The notes beneath the pieces were generated by a model. That model saw nothing but the letters and a program-made list of their open reading frames with translations. It was not told the DNA's origin and did no database searches. The position numbers and the translations under genes are program-made. Below, piece by piece: positions 51,403-64,000 of a stretch of DNA of 64,000 nucleotides; position 1 is the stretch's first letter; every line of letters starts with the position of its first letter. Source of the stretch: Camelus dromedarius (Eukaryota); NCBI RefSeq assembly GCF_036321535.1, contig NC_087437.1, positions 93,374,001 through 93,438,000 on the forward strand, given 5' to 3'.

Positions 51403-51520
51403 CTCTAGAATGTAAATTCCAGGAAGACAGGGATTTTCATCTGTTTTGTTCACTGATGTGTCACAAGTTCCCAGAATAATACCTGGCATATAGTATGTGA
51501 TCCATAAATATTAATGAATG
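51403..51520 (+). mobile_element. L2a 3' end
   Basis: ctagaatgtaaattccaggaagacagggattttcatctgttttgttcactgatgtgtc...acctggcatatagta...ataaatattaatgaatg. Confidence 0.85.
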
Positions 51521-53795
51521 TACTAAATGAAGAACGAACTGGAGCCACAGGGGACACATTGGGTTCGTTTATGTTGACTTTTGAAATTTGGTGAGCATCT
51601 AAGCTAATATATATGGTAGATATGTAGCTCTTTAATCTAGAAGGGAAGCCCCGGCTGAAGACATTTGTGTTGCATAATTATTACTCAAGACTTTTTTAGA
51701 TAAATAACATTGGCTAGCAATTGGATCTTAGAAAGTAACAAAATCATGAATTTACATGTTTTATCATAACAGCAAAATAAATTATATTATATTAGTGAAA
51801 CTTAGGTGTAAGCATCTGATTCTTAATTGTAGGTCACGTTGTTATTCCTAAGATCTATCTGATTTATTCCCAGAATTGTTACCATGTTATGTTTCAAATG
51901 TCTTTTTAAAAATCAGTATTAGTGTATATCCTTTTGTTATCAGTTCTTGTAGATATTCAGATAAATGCCTTGAAATGTACGTTTTGACGTTTTGATGAAT
52001 CATACATATTCACGAAATCAAATATCTAAAATTGGAGTTATAGCATGAACTTTTATTTTGTCAAGGGACATGTTTTATCGATGTATCAGTTTTGATTAGA
52101 AAGTCTAAAAATAGTCTGATGGCTTTAGTGAATCTTGGAATATAAACCTATATTTCCTTTGTAATAAAAGAAAAGAATAAAGTTGGATTTTAACATGATA
52201 ATTTGGAGTTTACCAAGAATTCCATTTATACTTATCATTCTTTAAAAGTAGCAGGTGATATTCTACTACTTTCTGTTCAACTGTCCTAGATTTAAAACTA
52301 TAAAGTCAGAAATGTATTGAAAATAATAAAAATTTTTCAAGAGACCTTAATATCAACAGAAAAGGAGTGTATGTGTTTCTGTGTGTGTCTGTGTGTGTCT
52401 CTGTATACACACTTACACCTCACAGTTACTCCTGCTTAGAAAAAGTTTCAAAAATTTCTAGTCAATAGTGGGTGAAATAAATAGATGCTTTTACCCTTAT
52501 GTCTTTGGGGAAAACTATCATACCAAATTATTTTTCATGTATTTTATTTGTGCTGCATGCTGGTTATAATACATTATTTATTTATTTACCATTAAAATTA
52601 AAATCTTAATATCAACTTAATTATTTTGCCTGCACATAGAGGCATTTTACAAAGTAGTGTTTTGAATATTATTTAACTGTAGATGAGTGTGTTCATAGAG
52701 AGATTTTATTTTAAAATATCTATATTTTATTGATTATTTAAAATATGATCTTGAACACTACACTTACTTTTGAACAAACAGAACAACAAATTATAGAATA
52801 ATAGATTTTATGTTTTTATTGGCTTTCTTATAGAGTGATATGTATATTTTAACATAAAATGGATATTGCAAAGTTATTTTTAGCTATTCATATTATCTTC
52901 CAAGAGATATCCTTTTCTGCCATATCTTAAATTCTCCTTTTGTTGCCAAATAAATTGAATTTATCTGATTAAGTGGAAAAAATGATTTACATCATATCTC
53001 TAGTAATGAGCATAAAGAGTGTTTTCACAGACTACACTAGGGTTTTCAGATACGTGCATAAAACTTCAGTATTCTAAGTATTTTTCTAAATATCTTTATT
53101 ATATATCACAAATATTTCATTATTTAATTGAATGTCTTACAGAAACAAAGTATATTTTTATCATTGATCAATAAAATCCCTTCAAACTTGCAGTGTTTTT
53201 AATGATGCATAATATACTTGCTGATATATTTTGTGTTTTCTTGATTCATTTAGAGGGTTTTCTTAGTTGAAAGCAGCAAGAGCTTATGTTCTTTTCCATG
53301 ACATGCAAATATCAAATTTGACAGTGATAAATTGACTACCTTATGGATTCTAAGTACCACTTTTAGACTCTGCTATCCCATATAACTATCTATTCCCCTC
53401 ACCAAATGAATAATCTGCCTTTTATTTCGTTTTCTTTTTCATCACTAACATTAATTATATTATTTTAAAGATGGAATTTGTTGGAATTAGGAGCCAATAA
53501 TGAATAAGTGGTACCTCACTTTTACATCAGAGCAAATCAAATATAATAATTACTTTTTATTTTTTATTATTTGGGAAGTAAAGTATATCTTTTGGTATGT
53601 TTTGCTGTATTATTTCACTTAAGAAAAATGCATACCTACAGCTTTGTTACATTCTAACTTGACAGAAGCTGAACAAGATAAATAAATCAAATACATGGTA
53701 TTTTAGAATGTGATTAATGCATTGATGGAATATGAAGCAGGAAAGTGGTGATGGTGATGCCTGTGTGTTTGGGGGGGGGTTGTATCTTTCAGCAG

Positions 53796-54259
53796 TGTAT
53801 TAGTTTCCTATGGCTGCTGTAACAAATTATCACAGATTTGATAGCTCAGAACAGCAGCAATGTATTCCGTCACAATTCTGGAGGCCAGACATCCAAAATA
53901 GAGGTACTGGCAAGTCCATGCTCCTTCTAGAGGCTTTAGGGGAGATTCCATTTCTTCCTTCTTCAGGCTTCTGGTGGCTGTTGGCATTTCCTGTGATTGG
54001 TCACTCCAATCTTGCCTCTTTTTTCACATTTCCTTCTCTTTATATTTTCTCTTCTGTCTATCTTAAATCTCCCTCATCCTTTCTCTTATATGGACACTTG
54101 TCATTGGATTTAAGGCCTACCTGGATAATAAAGGATCACCTCATCTCAAGATTCTTGACAATCACTCTGCAAAGACCCTTTTTTCAAATAAGGTAACATG
54201 CACAGATTTCATGGATTTGATGTAGATATTTTTGGGGGGCAACTTTTTAGACTGCTACA
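53796..54259 (-). mobile_element. MLT1C-like MaLR solo LTR
   Basis: tgtattagtttcctatggctgctgtaacaaattatcaca...ttctggaggccaga...atctcaagattcttgac...tctgcaaagacccttttttcaaataaggtaaca...ctaca. Confidence 0.9.
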
Positions 54260-55471
54260 GTGATAAAACCCAAGTAAGTTAGGTTGATTCTGAGATGGAG
54301 CCAGGTGATGGTTGCAATGAGAAAGACAAAAAAATTAATCTTGAAGAATACTATGTTGTAGGACTCTACAGAAATAAAAACTTGTGGTTTTTCTATTCAA
54401 TTAACTGAGTGATTAGACATAGTTATGGAAAACGTATGTGCCAGTGTGTATACTGGGAATCAGGCTCTCCAGGCACCATTGTTAATTATTGTATCTTCCC
54501 AGGGGGACAGCTAACCAGGAATCATTAGCACTGCAGAATAGCAGTCAGCTTTAGGCCCCACACTTCATAATAAAGCATATATAACCGTGAGTGGCCAGGC
54601 TAAATCTACTAAAAAGTCTTCAAATAAAAATGAAGGTAAATGCCATTTTGGGTTATTCTATTATGATAGGGTTCTTTCATGTTACAGTTGATGGTGAAGC
54701 ACTATCTAGAGAAGCACAACACAGAAGGAACCCACACTCCAGGGAGGAGACAGACTATAAGTAATTACATATAATGAAATTACAGTATGGTTCATATTAC
54801 ATTTAAAATAACCATACAATGTGGGTGAGCGCCAAGGGCTTTTTAAGCAAAGGAAATAATACGAAAGTCAAGAGACAATAAAGAGCACAGCATGTGGTGG
54901 TGGGGAGGATCGTGGTGTGGAATAGAGTGGCTGTAGGGAAGATGGTTGAAGAAGGAAAGGTGGCAGATGATAAGGATTTTGGATTTTCTTCCAGAGATTT
55001 GTTAACTGTGCCAAGGCTTGGACCCTACAGGGAAGCCTCCTCACATAAGCATAAGTGAAAAAACTATGTTTGATATACAAATGCAGCTTCAAAAGAAGTA
55101 CCATAGATCAACTTTCACCCTCTTTTCTAAGCAGAGAGAAAGGTAGTGAGCTCCCTGATGTGGATCTAAATCCTTAGTCCTGATGGTTTTCATTTAAATT
55201 CCTCACAGCTCCATGTTGATGAATCAGACCCCAGAACTGTGCAGCTCCAGATAATGCCTGGCCCCAAATTTTTGACAGTGTCAAAACAGTAATGAGACAA
55301 ATTAGACATACACGCTCTGTTAGACCTTTTAAATGTATCTTCCAGAACTAACCAATGCCTATCAATATAACAATTTGTGATCCAAAAAATATCCATATGT
55401 AGAGTCTTTAGATCTCACCCTCTCATCTCAATGCAAACTTCTGCAAGTGTGGATTTTTCAAAAAATTTTCC

Positions 55472-55472
55472 T

Positions 55473-55540
<68 letters not shown>

Positions 55541-55541
55541 T
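55472..55541. repeat. (TTTC)n microsatellite
   Basis: About 17 TTTC units followed by a CT-rich tail. Confidence 0.95.
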
Positions 55542-57241
55542 CGTTCTTTTTTCCTCTCTCTCTCTCCTCTCTCTTTCCTTCCCTCTCTCCCTTTCTTTAT
55601 CTCTTCTTTTGTTCTTTTGTTTTTCTGATCAGAGAAGAAGTGACAATGGGAAATAATAAAATCTAAGTCATCGACGCAATAAAGTGATTGGGTGATCTAA
55701 GGCAGCTTCGTTTAAAGTAGAGGAAGAGAGAGTGCAAGAGAAGTCGGACAAAGCAAGTTGTTGACAATGTCAATCTCTCATACAAACAAATACACCATCT
55801 CTCAATCACACAAACATGTTGCATCAATAAGAAATTTTAATAGAGTTCTACATTGTTTTTTGGTGATTTTGGAGTCACACGTATCCTTCTCAATATGCTA
55901 ACATTTTAAATTTGTTCTTTTTGTCCCTTCCTTCATTTATTTCTTCCTTCTTTTTGTCCTATTTCTACTTTGTCTTTTTGTTTTCATACATATCCATGAA
56001 CATTCACTGTGTACTCTCTTGGAGAGTATTTCATATTCTGAGATTTTGTTATTCCCACATATTGATTTTATAATTTCCTTCTTTTACAAAATAATGTCAT
56101 TAGTGAATGGAAGTTTTTACTTTTTACTCAACAAAACGATGTATTAACAATGCTATGTTTGTTCCTCAGTTAATTTATATGTTTATATGTAACATAATAA
56201 GTTGGCCCATGAAATTTAAATATTGGTTCAGATGATTAAGAGAACTGATAAAAAATTTTAGAATTATCATGGTTTGATCAGGTTTATCTTTCACAGATAG
56301 ACCTTTGACTGAAATGTGGACAATGGATAAGAGGAGGCAGAAGAGAGGTGATGGAATAAAATATAATGGATCAGCAAATAAATTGAGAGTTTATAATTAC
56401 AGCTCAGGAGAGTGATGCTATAGATGTGAACTATAAGGGAATAAAAATGGAGAAGAAAATATATTCGAGGATGAGTTTGCTGTTGATGTTTTTGGAGAAA
56501 TAAGCAATGCTTGCTGATAAACTAGACATGAACAATATAAAGAGGGAAGAGGTTAGGAGGCTCTATCTTCAAACTTAATGCGTGAGTGGAGAGCATCACC
56601 ACAATCTAAAATAGGAAGTGGAGTAGGAATCACACATTTTAAAAAAGAGAGAAATTAATGGTTATTTTGAAAGATTATAGTTGGGCTATAAAACCACTTA
56701 GGAAACATTTAAATATTGAACAAAAGCTCTGAATTACCAAAAAAAAAAAAAAAACAAAACCCTAATTTTTAAAAAAAAAAACCCTGAAAATCCTCTGAAA
56801 AGACCCTTTATCTCATTTGGATGTTAAACAGTGTTGCTACAGCCTATACGTATGTTTTCACTTTGTTAAAGGTAGAGTTTTACTCCTGAATATAAGCCTA
56901 TGTTTTTCAACTGGATGCAGTTAATATGTGTATGTGTGTGTGTTTTTGTGTGTGTGTGCTCCGTGTGTGTGTGTGTGTGTGTATACATTACATGCATATG
57001 ATATGGGCATATATATTATGATTTCATATGTATGGGCATTCATCTCATAGTCTTGAAACATGATTTGGAGGAGTACTAAAAAAACATAATTCTGTAGTCT
57101 CTTAATGTTTTCAGTTTCCTTGTTAAATAGTTTAACGATCATTTAATATACACTTAACTTCTAAATATACAACCCAATTTAAACGTTATTGACCTTTATT
57201 TAATGTGTTCCCACCAAATATAGTGCCTTTCCAAATACAGT

Positions 57242-57771
57242 TATATTAGTTTTCTAGGGGTGCTGTAACAAATAATCACAGATTTTATGGCTTACAATGG
57301 CACAAATTTAGTATCTTACAGTTCTTTAGGTTAAAAGTCCAACACAAGATTCACTGGTCTAAAATCAAGGTGTTAACAGGGCTGCATTCTTTCTGGAGGG
57401 AGACTCTAGGGGAGATCCATTTCCTTGTCTTTTCCAATCTACAGAGGCTATCCACATTTCTCATCTGGTGGCCCTTCTGCTTCCTCTTTCACATAGCGTC
57501 TTGGGACCCTGATTTCATTGTCATATCTCTTTCTCTGACTCTCCTCTTCTACATCTATCTTCCATGTTTAAGATCCTACCAAGATAATAAAGGATATGTT
57601 GGACCTACCCAGATAATAAAGGATGATCTCCCTATTTGAAGGTTAGTTGATTGGCAAACTTTATTTCATTTGCAACCTTAAATTCTCCTTTGCCTTACAA
57701 AGTAACATATTCACAGGTTCTGTGAATTAAGATGAGGGTATTTTAAGAGGTCTTTACTGTTCCAGCCATAC
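57242..57771 (-). mobile_element. MLT1C/D-like MaLR solo LTR
   Basis: tattagttttctaggggtgctgtaacaaataatcaca...ctaaaatcaaggtgttaacagggctgcattc...gtaacatattcacaggttctg. Confidence 0.85.
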
Positions 57772-57860
57772 AAATCTACTGGGTTTCTAGGTACTTATCT
57801 GGATTCTCTTTTTTTTTTTAGAAAATAGGGTTATACCAACTCCCAATCTCCTTTCATGTC

Positions 57861-58476
57861 TGTGGTAGTCTGCCTCTACAATGGCCTCTGTGGATATCCA
57901 CAGTCAGTTATCCATGCCTTTGTGTAATCCCTCCACCTTGAATATGAACTGAAATTGCCAAATCACTTTTAATGAATAGAATATGGCAGACATGATTGGA
58001 TGCCACTTATGAGACTGCGTTGTATAAACTGTGGCTTCTATCTTGTGTGTCCTATCTTGATCTGTTTCTTCCTTCTTCAATTGCTTTGAGGCCAGCCAAT
58101 TGTCAGCTGTCCTATGTAGAGGACCATGTGGCAAGGTACTAAAGTTTCTGGCCCAACATCACACACATGTGAAGCTTACCAATAGCTACATACTTAAGCT
58201 TGAAAGTGGAACCTTTTCCAGGTGGAACCTGAGATAACTGTTACCCAGTCCGATAACTTGATTATAATTTTGTAAGAGAATGTTTTAATTTGATGAAAAG
58301 TCACTCAACTAGGCCATACCTGGACTTCTTACCCATTGAAACTGTGAGACAAAGAAAAAAGAAAATTTGCTGTTTTAAGCTATTCAATTTTTGTGTGCTT
58401 GTTGTACATCAGCAGATAAATAATGTGTTTTTTGTATTTGAAAGCAGAAAGATGCCTTAACAATTTAAAAAATGTA

Positions 58477-58537
<61 letters not shown>

Positions 58538-59812
58538 ATGTATGGCTTTAGTTCTAGGCAGTGACACAAGCTGTAAGGATTTTGAGGAGGGCATTAGAGA
58601 ATGCTTAAAATTGTATTGGATAGGTTGTTTATAAGAAATGGACTTTGAGAAGAATACTGGTGAGAGAGGTCAAAAGGAAATGAGCAACATGTTATTAGAA
58701 ACTGGAGGAAGAAGGGTACTTATTTTGTAGTGCAGAGAGCTTGGCACCACTGTTGTCTACAGTGATGTCGAAAGTAGCAAGTAAATTAATTGGTCTAGCT
58801 AAAGATATTCATAAAGCAAGTCTTGAATATTCAGCCTAATTTATTCTTGTTGCATAGAGTAAAATGTGAGAGGAGAGAGATAAATTGAGGTAAGGACTGT
58901 TAAAAAAGAAGACAGGACTCCATGGCTTTGAAAATTTTCAGAATTTCTAGATGGCAAAGATTCTAGAAATTTAGAATTGACTTCTGAGCAAAGTTCAAAT
59001 CCAGGGCACTGCCAGAAAATCTGGCCTAGAGATGAAGCTGTGCCTCTGACTTACAGATTTTCTCACTCATATAATATGGCCTGTAAGCTAAATGCTTACT
59101 GTGAAGAGATTTGTGGGCACAGATTTGTCTAATGGGGTTGAACCCCAGTGATATTCATAGAAACCTCATAAAGTTTTTGAGAAAATTATATTGGAAGAAA
59201 CAGTGTCAGCTTGAATCTAAAGGGACAGAGACAGTGCAAAATGAAAGCAGGGAGACAGTCCCAAATTCTGTTGGCAGGAAGAAGGCTGAGAAAACTATTC
59301 ATTTGCAAACTTATGCTACATTTCCTAAAAATGGAAAGTCTACTTAAAGAGTAAAATCAAGAAGGAAAAACTAAGGGCCATGGATAGTTATTTCTAGGTC
59401 TTGAATTCTCATCAGGAAACATCCAGCATTTGTCTGGCTGGATTTAAAAACTGCTATGGACCAGTGACTCTTTTGTGACCCTCATTTAATATCTATAGCA
59501 GTTACCTATACCTATTCCACCGTTCTGTATTGGGTGTTTGAAATGAGCTAATGTGTCTTTTTATTTCACAATGGTATACAGATTGAGAGAAACAATATAT
59601 GAGAAGCTATAGCTAAATTTTATCTGAGGAGACTCATTCACTTCTGAACTTGATTTAGGTAATAATATTCAAGACTTTTATCTGAATCTATAAAAGAATG
59701 AGATTTGGGGGGGGGGGATTCCTGACCCTTGGAATTATGAAATAGTACAGTTTTACTATTTTAAGCTGCTAAATTTTGGGTAATTTGACACATAGAAATG
59801 CTAACTAATGCA
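57861..59812 (+). mobile_element. MLT1 (E/F/H-like) MaLR provirus remnant: LTR, internal region, partial LTR
   Basis: LTR tgtggtagtctgcctctacaatggcc...agaggaccatgtggcaagg...gaaactgtgaga; MLT1-int-like tgttattagaaactggagg and aactgctatggaccagtgact; LTR end ttttaagctgctaaattttgggtaatttg...aactaatgca. Confidence 0.7.
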
Positions 59813-61829
59813 ATGCTCCATTGACTCTGATTCTCACCCTCTGTTGAAATCCAGTAGGAAAATCATAGATAATTAGTTTTCATACATTTGATATTCATCA
59901 ATTATCTTGGCATCATGAGGTCTTTTCCAGTTAGTTTTAAGGAGAGTTACTGAATTTTTGAATTCAGAAATTTATCTTCCCTGCTGATATTGAAGCTATT
60001 CTAACTTTTGAAGTACCTATTGCAATACTTAAAAAAATTTTTTTCCCATCTTCAACTGCATTACATACTATGCTGAGTCTTTGAAGATACAGGCTTTGTT
60101 TTCCACCTCTGTGACCTTATCACCTAGCAATATCTGGCACTAGGTAGTGCTTGATAAATATAAATTGAATGAATAAGAAAACAAATTAGTAAATAAATAT
60201 ATGACCTGTTGTTAGAAACAAAGGCAAAATAGCCCTAAACATTTCTTGATCTTAATGAAACTTCCTTTACCTTCTCTTCCTAAAAAATAAACACCTTTAT
60301 AGCTTTTATTATTAATATTGAGTTTTATTTTCAGCAGAAGTGCATTTTTTAGTAACAATAGGAATTCCTATTTTATTTTATATTTTACTTTCTTTCGTTA
60401 CCAAATCCTTCCTGAACTTCTATTAAAAATATCTATGGATTTTTCTTCTTTGTACAACTTTTATTTTTAAAACATACTTTTTGCAAGATTGCCTTTATCA
60501 TTATTTAAAAGATAATATCTCATTTCAGCTTTAATTCACTCATTATTAGAAATTATTTTTTACTTATTGGATTATTTGTTGACCTATTTTAAAGTCTTGA
60601 TTTGCATTTACATTTTAAATTTAGTAATCCTACCTGCATGTATGATAAACCTGTGACTCTAAAATTGTACTTTTTTTATTCTTCAGTTCTATATCCTGGA
60701 TACAAATGAGGGGAGGGAGGGCAAGGAAGCATTACCACTTTGGTAGCTCTTTTATTTATTATTATCTCTGTACTTAACTTGTTTCCATTCGGAACCTCAG
60801 GGGATGTTCTTTACAACGTTTGCTCTATTATTTACAATACATGTTTATTAATTAAAACCTAGCATTTAAACATTTTCACAGTAAATAATGTTTGTTTTCA
60901 TAAAAAAGAAATCTTAAAAAATTATTTTACAATAAAATCATTAATTCTAATTCTATATTGTCATAAGGATGTAAATAATACAGTATTTTAGTGTATGTTC
61001 CTTCTTTACAGTTTACAATACAGTGCACCAAAAGGATTTATATGACAGAAATCTGCTGACCACATCTGAAAAACTGACTAATTCTTGTTTTCTTGCATTT
61101 GGCATATGATTTTTATAGTGAAGTGCTTCTCCTTCATGTCTTATAGATATATCTCTTCTATTAAAGATATAACTATTATTCTTAATGGGTTATATTTTCT
61201 TATATTAAAGATAAAATATCATCCTCATACTTACCCTTTAATACTAAATTCTTCAAAATCTTAAAGTGATAACATATTCTACATATAATTATATCATCAA
61301 AATATTTAATGAAATAATTATTGAACTATTAAATTATATAGATATTATAGATTTTCTATCTATACCTCTCTCATGTGCCCATTTTTTAAGTGAGCACTTA
61401 TTGAGTTAGAAAGGTAATAAGAGAATAGGTACCTTTTCTTCTTACTTTTATAAAGTGATCAAATTTATAAGATAGGGTGGGAATATTATGTCAAAAATTT
61501 AACATATACAATATCATTTGTTATTTTATTCACAGGTTTACAAAATCACAGCTAATCTTCAGTTAAATAGAGTATATCTGTACCCTATAGATAACCTACA
61601 TTTATTATGTATTTGAATGCTAATAACAAGTAGTTTGTTTTCTTTTTTTATAAAGCAAGCTTATAAGGCTTATTCTTGTCTGCCTCCATGAAATTACTTA
61701 TCTAATTATTCCTTCTTATAATTCAGGGCCAACCTTTCTTCCAGAGAAGAATCTTGGGGACAATGGCTCTTTGCCACTCTTTTCAGTCGGTATGCACTAA
61801 TGGAATATATGTAGAACTGCAATTAGGCC

Positions 61830-64000
61830 AATACACTTGGAGTATAGTGTGTGGAAAGAATGGGGATAGATCAGCTTGGAGAGGTAGACAGGGGGCCAGT
61901 TGTAAGATTTTTAAGCCTAGTAGAAATTTTTAAAAATCTAATACTAAGGAAAATGGAGAATTAACAGACAATTTTAGGCAAGACAGTGTGTTGTTCCCAT
62001 AGAGAATGGTTTGGCAAAAAGTAACAGTAGAAGTATGAAAAATAGATAAGAAGCTATTTTCTTTGTACATACTTGAAAGAAATAATGGTTTGAATTGTGG
62101 CAGTGGAGATGGAGAGAATGAAAGGACTCAAAATTTGGGGAGGTTAGAATCAAGATGATTTATTAACAGATTGAATGAGACAAATGAGAGAGAAGAAGAT
62201 GTCAAAAAGGAATTCCAGTTTTCTGACTGGAGAATTTGGATGGATGGAGATGCCAGTAATTGAGATGGGAAACATTGGGGGTAAAACAGGTTTGAACAGT
62301 AGGCAGGAACCATGAGTTAAATTTTGAACATGTATTTAAGAATCTATGAGAGAGTGAGGTGAAACTGTCAAGTTCATTTAGAAGAGCAGTCTTTCAGAAT
62401 AGTGACATTGAGAAGTTGGCAGATCAGTGGTATTGCAAGTTACCAGAGATAAGGCAACATATAAGATGCACAAAGATGGTAAAAAGAATTCAGGACTGAT
62501 TTTCAAGGAACTCCAACATTTATACATAAGATAATATAAATGTAAGATAGTTCTAGAAGAATCAGGGGAACATACTGAAGAGCTCCCAGAAATTAAATAT
62601 ATCAATAACATTAGAGGAAGAGTAGAGTGTGGTTTTTAACAGTGCTTTGGAATTAATCTACCTGGGTACAATTCTTGGGTTTCACACTAACTGGATCCAG
62701 GTTTGATATAAAGTAGATGATTTAACCACTCTGTTGTACAGTTTCCCATTGGTAAGCAGTGATAACCATAGTACCCACCTCACAAGTTCATTGGCAGGGC
62801 TAGCTCCTCTAAGTAAGAATATGAAAGAAAAAGAGAATGGAGCCAGATGAAAATAAATGTTCAGATTTGGGAATAAGAAAGATAATATGATGGATTTTTT
62901 TTGTTTGATGACATATTAGTGTATTCATTTAATGTTTTATTAAATATCTACTATTCACCATATTAAATATTGGGGGCATAGAAATACACACAATTAATGA
63001 CCTAAAAAACATTGCCTTTGATTATAGGCCTTATGCTAAGAGGTAGGGAGACATACAACACTCCAGATAAAAAGGTAAATATGTAATACATGAAATATGA
63101 GAAGGGCTGTGGAGAGAAATAAAGCTGGGAATGGGAGTAAAGAATCCAGAGAGATTGTACTTTTAAATTGAATAATCAGAAAAGGTCTTACAGAGAAAGT
63201 GAGATCTGAAGGAGGTTAAGCGTGAGCAGATATCTGGGGAATGGACATTCCAGACCAAAGGAAGGAAAAATGCTAAGTCCCTAATGTGAGAATGTGCCTG
63301 GAGCGTTCAATAAAGAATTAAGAAATGTCTGTGATTCTGGCATAGAGAGTAACTTTTACTCCAGCTGACCCAGGAAGACACTGGAAGTTTTTAAGCAGAG
63401 GAAAAACATGATTTTAGTTTTATTTAACAGAAGCCCTCTGGCTGCTATATTGAAAACAGACTGAAGTAGGCAAAGATGAAATCAAGAGACCATTTACATA
63501 AAAAGTAGAGAGTTTTTGGCTTAGAGGTACTCATGAGTTTAAAGAATTGAGATAATCCAAGTTTGATTCTTGGTGGCAGTAATGAATTAAATGAGAAATA
63601 TGACTCTGGGTATATTTTGATAGTGTGTATAATGAAATTCTGGATATATTTTAAAGATAGGATTCACCAACTAATTGAGTACATGTTGTGAGAAAAAATA
63701 GGAGTTAAGAATGACTCTGAGATTTTTAGACTGAACAACTGGTGGATGGAGACTTCATTATTGAGATGAAGAATTTTGGGGTGAAGGTGGAGAGAGAACA
63801 TTAGGATTATGTATTCTCTTACTTAAATATGAAATATCTACTAGATATTTAGGTGAAGATATGAAGTGACTCATAGCTAATATTTTAAATATTAATCCAG
63901 AGTTTAGAAGAGAATTTCTAGGCTGAAAATAAAAATTTTATAAAGCAGCAGGTAGATGGCATTTAGAGTTATGAGATTGAATGTATGTAGATAGAAAGTG
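61830..64000 (-). mobile_element. L2 LINE remnants, with a MIR (+) at ~62620-62800
   Basis: Purine-rich antisense L2 blocks (catgagttaaattttgaacatg; tttttaagcagagg...ctctggctgct; ttaagaatgactctgagatttt...ctgaacaactgg); MIR tttaaccactctg...cagtttccc...atagtacccacctcaca. Confidence 0.75.

Overview
AT-rich mammalian genomic DNA that is intronic or intergenic. It is probably camelid: the young L1 3' ends resemble camelid/cetartiodactyl types as I recall them, and I see no Alu, B1, Bov-tA, PRE or SINEC elements. No intact protein-coding gene is supported; the ORF track is chance ORFs or decayed retroelement ORFs. Much of the window is transposon debris (ERVL pro-pol with an LTR16-type LTR, MaLR LTRs, a nested MER21/ERV1 cluster, L1, L2, L3, MIR and hAT fossils). 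The most striking unexplained structure is a pair of inverted repeats whose arms I cannot assign to any repeat family, each with a ~0.85-0.9 kb spacer. One (31669-33694) has a 490-bp core at ~98.6% identity and a ~79% outer rim, suggesting arm-to-arm gene conversion; the other (13526-14910) is older and diverged. Also seen: two orphan retroposed 3'-UTR-like inserts, a probable L1 3' transduction, a 33-bp templated insertion, and a few strong splice-site or microexon candidates. Repeat family names come from recalled consensus sequences, not from a database search, and repeat boundaries are approximate unless TSDs are quoted.
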